A DNA stretch of 42,705 nucleotides. Origin: Chrysochromulina tobinii. Taxonomy: Eukaryota. Shown here one piece after another: positions 38,667 through 42,705 of the stretch. Location of the stretch: contig JWZX01002967.1 in the NCBI GenBank assembly GCA_001275005.1, positions 1-42,705 of the forward strand. Reading direction: 5' to 3'. The notes beneath the pieces were generated by a model. It ran no database searches and was not told where the DNA came from. It worked only from the letters and a program-made list of their open reading frames with translations. How positions within the stretch are numbered: position 1 is the first letter of the stretch; the number at the start of each line of letters is the position of its first letter. A program made the position numbers and the translations under genes.

Positions 38667-41108
38667 TTACGACCCGAAGAGCCGCTCGTGCAGCTGCTGA
38701 ATGAACATCTTGACACGCTCGTCCTTGTCCTTGGCCGCCTGGGCTTCGTACTTCTCCAGGTCAAAGGACTCCTGGCGCAGCCGGGCGATGTTCTTGGGCT
38801 CGGAGGTGAGCACGGCGAGTGCGCCGAGCGCCGCCTTCTTCGCAGCGAAGCCCCGCGGCCCCGCGGCGTCCGTCTTCTTGATCACGGCGACCAGCTTGGG
38901 TATGGCACCCTCGGCGCCCGCCTTCTCCTTATTCTTATCCGAGTTTGCCGCGAGCACCATCAGGCAGCCCGCGCACTTTTGCCACACCTCGTCCGACCGG
39001 TCCTCGCCCAGCTGCACCACGAGCGCCTCGACGGCGCCCTCCCTGACGGCTAGAGCCTTGGCGTTCTGGTGAGCGGTCAAATTCCACACGGCGGCGGCGG
39101 CCGCGGCGACCACACCGTCGCTGCGCACGGCGCCCTGGATCTTCGACTTTTTGAGCAGCGTCACGAGTGGCGCGACAGCGCCGTCGTTAAGGATGCGCTC
39201 GCGTAGCTCAGGCGCGGTGAGGCAGTTCTTGAGCAGCACGCAGAAGGCTCGCGCAAGCTCCTGCGGCTTGTTGAGCAGATGTGGGACGATCGAGCGCACG
39301 CCGCCCTCGTTGACGACCATGTCCTTGGCTTCGGCGTTGCCCGACGAGAGATTGACGAGCGCCTTGACGACGGCCAGCAGCAGGTGGTCGTCATCGGAGC
39401 GCAGCAGCTCGATGAGCGGGAGCATCACGTGCTCCTTGATGAGCTGCACCTTGTCGAACTCAATCTGACTCATCATCGCGATCTGGTTGCATAGCGTCAC
39501 GAGCAGCTCGGTGCCCGTCTCCTCGAACGGTCGGTTGATCATGTCGGCCAGGAACTTGATGTACTTGGGCGGGCTCTCCTCTTGCAGGCAGCGCTGCAAG
39601 AAGCCCTGCTCGAGCAGCACGAGCAGGGGGCGTTTGTTCATCGTGAACGACTGCATGAACTCGGGGTCGCCGACCTTGTCCGCAAGCGTCGACGAGTCCA
39701 GCTCGAAGTGTCGCGTGTCCGAAGACATGTGGACGAAGAAATCAAAGAGGCGCTCGAGGATATCACGCGAGCGCATCGTGCAGCTCTGCATGCGATGGCA
39801 CTTGATGAGCATGCCCATGTCCATCTCACCCGGATGCAGCCCGCCGTCGATCGACCAGTAGAGGTAGCGAGCGACCCGTCGGCGCCAATTGCGCCACGCG
39901 AGGGGGTCGGAGTGCTCGTTGAGGCCGGGTGCGTCATCCCACAGGGTGATGATGACGCGGAAGGGGTCTTCGATGATCACCGTCTCTGACTCGACCTCCT
40001 CCATGCGGAACTCGACACATTGCTCCTTGTTCAGCAGGTTGGCTATCGACTTGTAAAAGGCGCGAGCCGCGTCTACCTGCGACGAAATGATGCCCTCAGC
40101 GTGGAACCATGAGAATGAGTCCTCGTCGTACAGGAGCGCGTCGGCCTTGACCTTGGTGATCGTGTCGTCGTAAAAGGGGAACTTGACGAGCGGGGAGAGC
40201 GTGTCTGCCTGTCGTTCGAGACCGTTCATGAACATGATCGCATCCTCGATGCCCACGTCATCGTGCAGCACAATAAAGATGTCCTGGTAGGTGTCGCCCA
40301 CGGGCGGTATGAATTTCCGCCGGATGGCGATCACGCCCACGTCGCGCTGCGGCGTGCGGAGGTGCACGGCCCAGCAGCCGTACGAAGCCAGGTCTCCCAC
40401 CAGATTCATCTTCTTGTGGTACTGCTCGGAGCGGAGCACCATCATCTCGGTGTCCGTCGCGTTGCCGCGCGCCATCCGTTCCGCCGCCAGCCGCAGGCTG
40501 TGTTTCTCGCGCCGGCCGAGGCCCGACACGCTCGCGGCAGGGTCGACCACCACCGCGATCTCGCGGTCGCGGCCTGTCGCGCGGTACCGGCCCGACGGCA
40601 TCCCGTCCGCGCCGAGACTGTCTTCCCTGTACGCGTCATCGAGGAAGAGCTGGTAGCCTTTGAACTCGATGCGCTGCATCTTTTGGGGCGCCGCGGTGAA
40701 CTCGACGGCAGTGCGCGCGCGGTCGCGCCGGCCCACGTCGCACTGGCCGCGCTTGAGCGGGAAGGGCTGCCATCGCCACTGCCGAAACATAGCATCGGCC
40801 TTCCAGCAAATCGCAAGCTCATCGCACAGCCGCGAGCGCTCGAAGCTCTCAAGCAGCAGCGACTGTCGACCCTCGTGGAAATCGATCTGGAAGAGCAGCA
40901 GGTTGTCGCTGTCGATGATGACGCGCCGTACCCAAGCATAGTAGAACTGCTCCTGGAACGGAGGCTCAAAGTCGATGAGGAAGAGGGCACGTTTGCCGAG
41001 GCAAATGTACATTTTCTCGCCGTCCTTGCACACCATCGAAAAATATTTGACCTCCGTCTGCAGCATATCCTCAATGCCCTTGAGCACATAGGCTGCAGAC
41101 TCGCCCAT
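38667..41108 (-). CDS. Armadillo-repeat protein with possible N-terminal PH-like domain
   Basis: C-terminal ARM repeats (LPLIELLRS..., GGVRSIVPHL, GAVAPLVTLL, GAVEALVVQL, GAIPKLVAVI). First ATG at 41108. Long ORF with strong GC3 bias. Confidence 0.85.
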   Translation of the reverse strand: MGESAAYVLKGIEDMLQTEVKYFSMVCKDGEKMYICLGKRALFLIDFEPPFQEQFYYAWVRRVIIDSDNLLLFQIDFHEGRQSLLLESFERSRLCDELAICWKADAMFRQWRWQPFPLKRGQCDVGRRDRARTAVEFTAAPQKMQRIEFKGYQLFLDDAYREDSLGADGMPSGRYRATGRDREIAVVVDPAASVSGLGRREKHSLRLAAERMARGNATDTEMMVLRSEQYHKKMNLVGDLASYGCWAVHLRTPQRDVGVIAIRRKFIPPVGDTYQDIFIVLHDDVGIEDAIMFMNGLERQADTLSPLVKFPFYDDTITKVKADALLYDEDSFSWFHAEGIISSQVDAARAFYKSIANLLNKEQCVEFRMEEVESETVIIEDPFRVIITLWDDAPGLNEHSDPLAWRNWRRRVARYLYWSIDGGLHPGEMDMGMLIKCHRMQSCTMRSRDILERLFDFFVHMSSDTRHFELDSSTLADKVGDPEFMQSFTMNKRPLLVLLEQGFLQRCLQEESPPKYIKFLADMINRPFEETGTELLVTLCNQIAMMSQIEFDKVQLIKEHVMLPLIELLRSDDDHLLLAVVKALVNLSSGNAEAKDMVVNEGGVRSIVPHLLNKPQELARAFCVLLKNCLTAPELRERILNDGAVAPLVTLLKKSKIQGAVRSDGVVAAAAAAVWNLTAHQNAKALAVREGAVEALVVQLGEDRSDEVWQKCAGCLMVLAANSDKNKEKAGAEGAIPKLVAVIKKTDAAGPRGFAAKKAALGALAVLTSEPKNIARLRQESFDLEKYEAQAAKDKDERVKMFIQQLHERLFGS

Positions 41109-41347
41109 TTCAAGAGCGCTACGCTCTGGGCGCGGGCCCCGCTCGTGCACTCCTCTCGGGCTGGCCCCCTTGCCGATGCCAACCCTCGCGTGCCCAATTA
41201 GGATTCGACCCGCACATGTGAACGGAAACGCTGCCCAGGCGCAAGCTTCTTGTCAAGCTCCGTTCAGGAATTGCGCCGTTTCCCACAGCACTCCCACAAC
41301 CCGCTTTGGAAACGCGGACTGCTCTGTCGCAATCCCGTACTAAGACC

Positions 41348-42705
41348 ATGATACGGCCGCCACCCTTGCTGAACAAGGAGCTCATTCAAGCCACGGCCAC
41401 ACGACGAGGCGACGAGGGGCCACCACCGCATACAGACAACGACTCCGAGTCCGATGCATCCGACTCGACAAAAATGCGGCGGCTTCCAGAGCTGCCAATC
41501 ACACAGTTCGTCGATGGCGATAGTGAGCACTCGGACGTCGACACCAAGTCCGCTCGTAGGAGTCGCCCGGCGGCCCAATCCACGACGCACGCAAGCGCCG
41601 CCTCGGTGAGCAACTTAGAGATCTCAGACATCGAAAGCGGAGAGGATAAGCGGTCGAGGTCCAGACCGGTGGCGAAGGCGAAGGCGCAGGCCAAGGCGTC
41701 GTCGGCCGCCGCTGCCAAGTCTGCCGCCGCCGCCGCTGCCAAGTCTGGCGAAGCCTTGGAATCACCGCGGTCGGAGGAGGACCCACTCTGGCTGAAGCAG
41801 GCGGAGGCAACGTTGCGAAAGGGCCGGCCGTCAGACTCGCACGAGAGCCCCGAGAGCAGAGAGTGCGCAAGCGCCGGCGTCAGCAGCGGCGGCAGCAGCA
41901 GCAGCGGTCCTCGAAGTGGGCCAAGAGGGCCCGGAGTGCCTGCCGACGCGGCCACCGACGACACGGCCTCAGCAGCGGAGGCTCCCACTGAGATTGACGC
42001 CGCCGCCGACACGGCCTGGCTAGCGCGGCTTGCAAACGCTCGAGTGGCTCGAGAGGATGCGAGGGAGCGAGGGCAGCAGCCCATACAAGCCCGAGGCCGG
42101 CCTGGCGCGGGGGAAACGGGAGACGAATGGGCAGACTTTGCCTCGTTCGGCACATCGGCGGAGCCTGTACCGGAGCTCGAAGCTTACGCATCGGCACCGG
42201 CACCGAAGGTTGCGTTGAGTATGGATCAGCTGCGCGCGAGCCGCGCGCTGGTCGCACAGAATACGTATTCCAGCTGGGACACATGGGATGAATTCGACCC
42301 GAGAGGCGGCGGCGGCGGCGGCGGGCTCGAGGCAGCCACGCCCGAGCCAGCGAGTGCGAAGACCAAGCGACGCGCCGTACTGGACACGAGCAGCGGTACT
42401 GCCAGCAAGCAGCTCCGAGCACGCAGCTCGTCCAACGGCTACCGGTGCTGCCGGCGCTCCGTGCTCGCGAAGCTCGCGCTCGTGTGCGCGCTCGGGATGG
42501 GCAGCTTCGCGTTTGTGTGGATCCAGCCGCCCAGTAGCACCCAAGCCCATGCGGTCGCACCATCGTGGTTGCGTTGGGCCGCCAGCCTCCGAACAGCCTC
42601 AGGGGACATGATGGGGTACGTCTGGAGTGGGGGCGGCGGTGGCACCAGCACCGTCAAAGCCGACGGCTGGGCAGTCGTCAAAGGAGGCGGGCGCAGTGCG
42701 GCGGC
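41348..42705 (+). CDS. Partial CDS (open to the window end): low-complexity N-terminal region plus TM segment
   Basis: Manual translation from ATG 41348 (MIRPPPLLNKELIQ...) shows no stop before 42705, so it is missing from the ORF track. It contains DEWADF and WDTWDEF and the hydrophobic SVLAKLALVCALGMGSFAFVWI. Confidence 0.7.
   Translation, partial: MIRPPPLLNKELIQATATRRGDEGPPPHTDNDSESDASDSTKMRRLPELPITQFVDGDSEHSDVDTKSARRSRPAAQSTTHASAASVSNLEISDIESGEDKRSRSRPVAKAKAQAKASSAAAAKSAAAAAAKSGEALESPRSEEDPLWLKQAEATLRKGRPSDSHESPESRECASAGVSSGGSSSSGPRSGPRGPGVPADAATDDTASAAEAPTEIDAAADTAWLARLANARVAREDARERGQQPIQARGRPGAGETGDEWADFASFGTSAEPVPELEAYASAPAPKVALSMDQLRASRALVAQNTYSSWDTWDEFDPRGGGGGGGLEAATPEPASAKTKRRAVLDTSSGTASKQLRARSSSNGYRCCRRSVLAKLALVCALGMGSFAFVWIQPPSSTQAHAVAPSWLRWAASLRTASGDMMGYVWSGGGGGTSTVKADGWAVVKGGGRSAA

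Overview
Gene-dense, GC-rich eukaryotic genomic DNA. It has short GT-AG introns (82-149 bp), microsatellites and several head-to-head gene pairs. A 10-bp satellite inside one intron, the gene content and a plastid-type presequence suggest a haptophyte-like alga (inference). About 22 protein-coding genes are supportable: two convergent coiled-coil paralogs (one with a SAM-like tail), a PH protein, a Rab-GDI-family protein with an apparent signal peptide, a secretory TPR + PhyH dioxygenase, a MYCBP/FAP174-like protein, a GT31 glycosyltransferase, a 2xPHD + Tudor protein, a VOC/glyoxalase-like protein, a nucleoside-hydrolase-like protein, a fused beta-alpha Co-type nitrile hydratase, a GT34-sulfotransferase fusion, two Nudix-like proteins, a GT23-like fucosyltransferase, a membrane-anchored hypothetical protein, a GT1 sterol-glucosyltransferase-like enzyme, PRA1, ATP synthase subunit d, a DEAH helicase, a PDZ protein, an ARM-repeat protein and an ORF that runs off the right end. 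The most notable observations are the plant-XXT-like GT34-sulfotransferase fusion beside a fucosyltransferase (possible sulfated-glycan locus), the signal-peptide-bearing GDI, the fused nitrile hydratase with a mitochondrial-looking presequence, and an intron apparently built from a copy of its own exon junction. All family calls come from motif recognition by eye; no searches were run. I found no rRNA, tRNA, CRISPR array or autonomous transposon.
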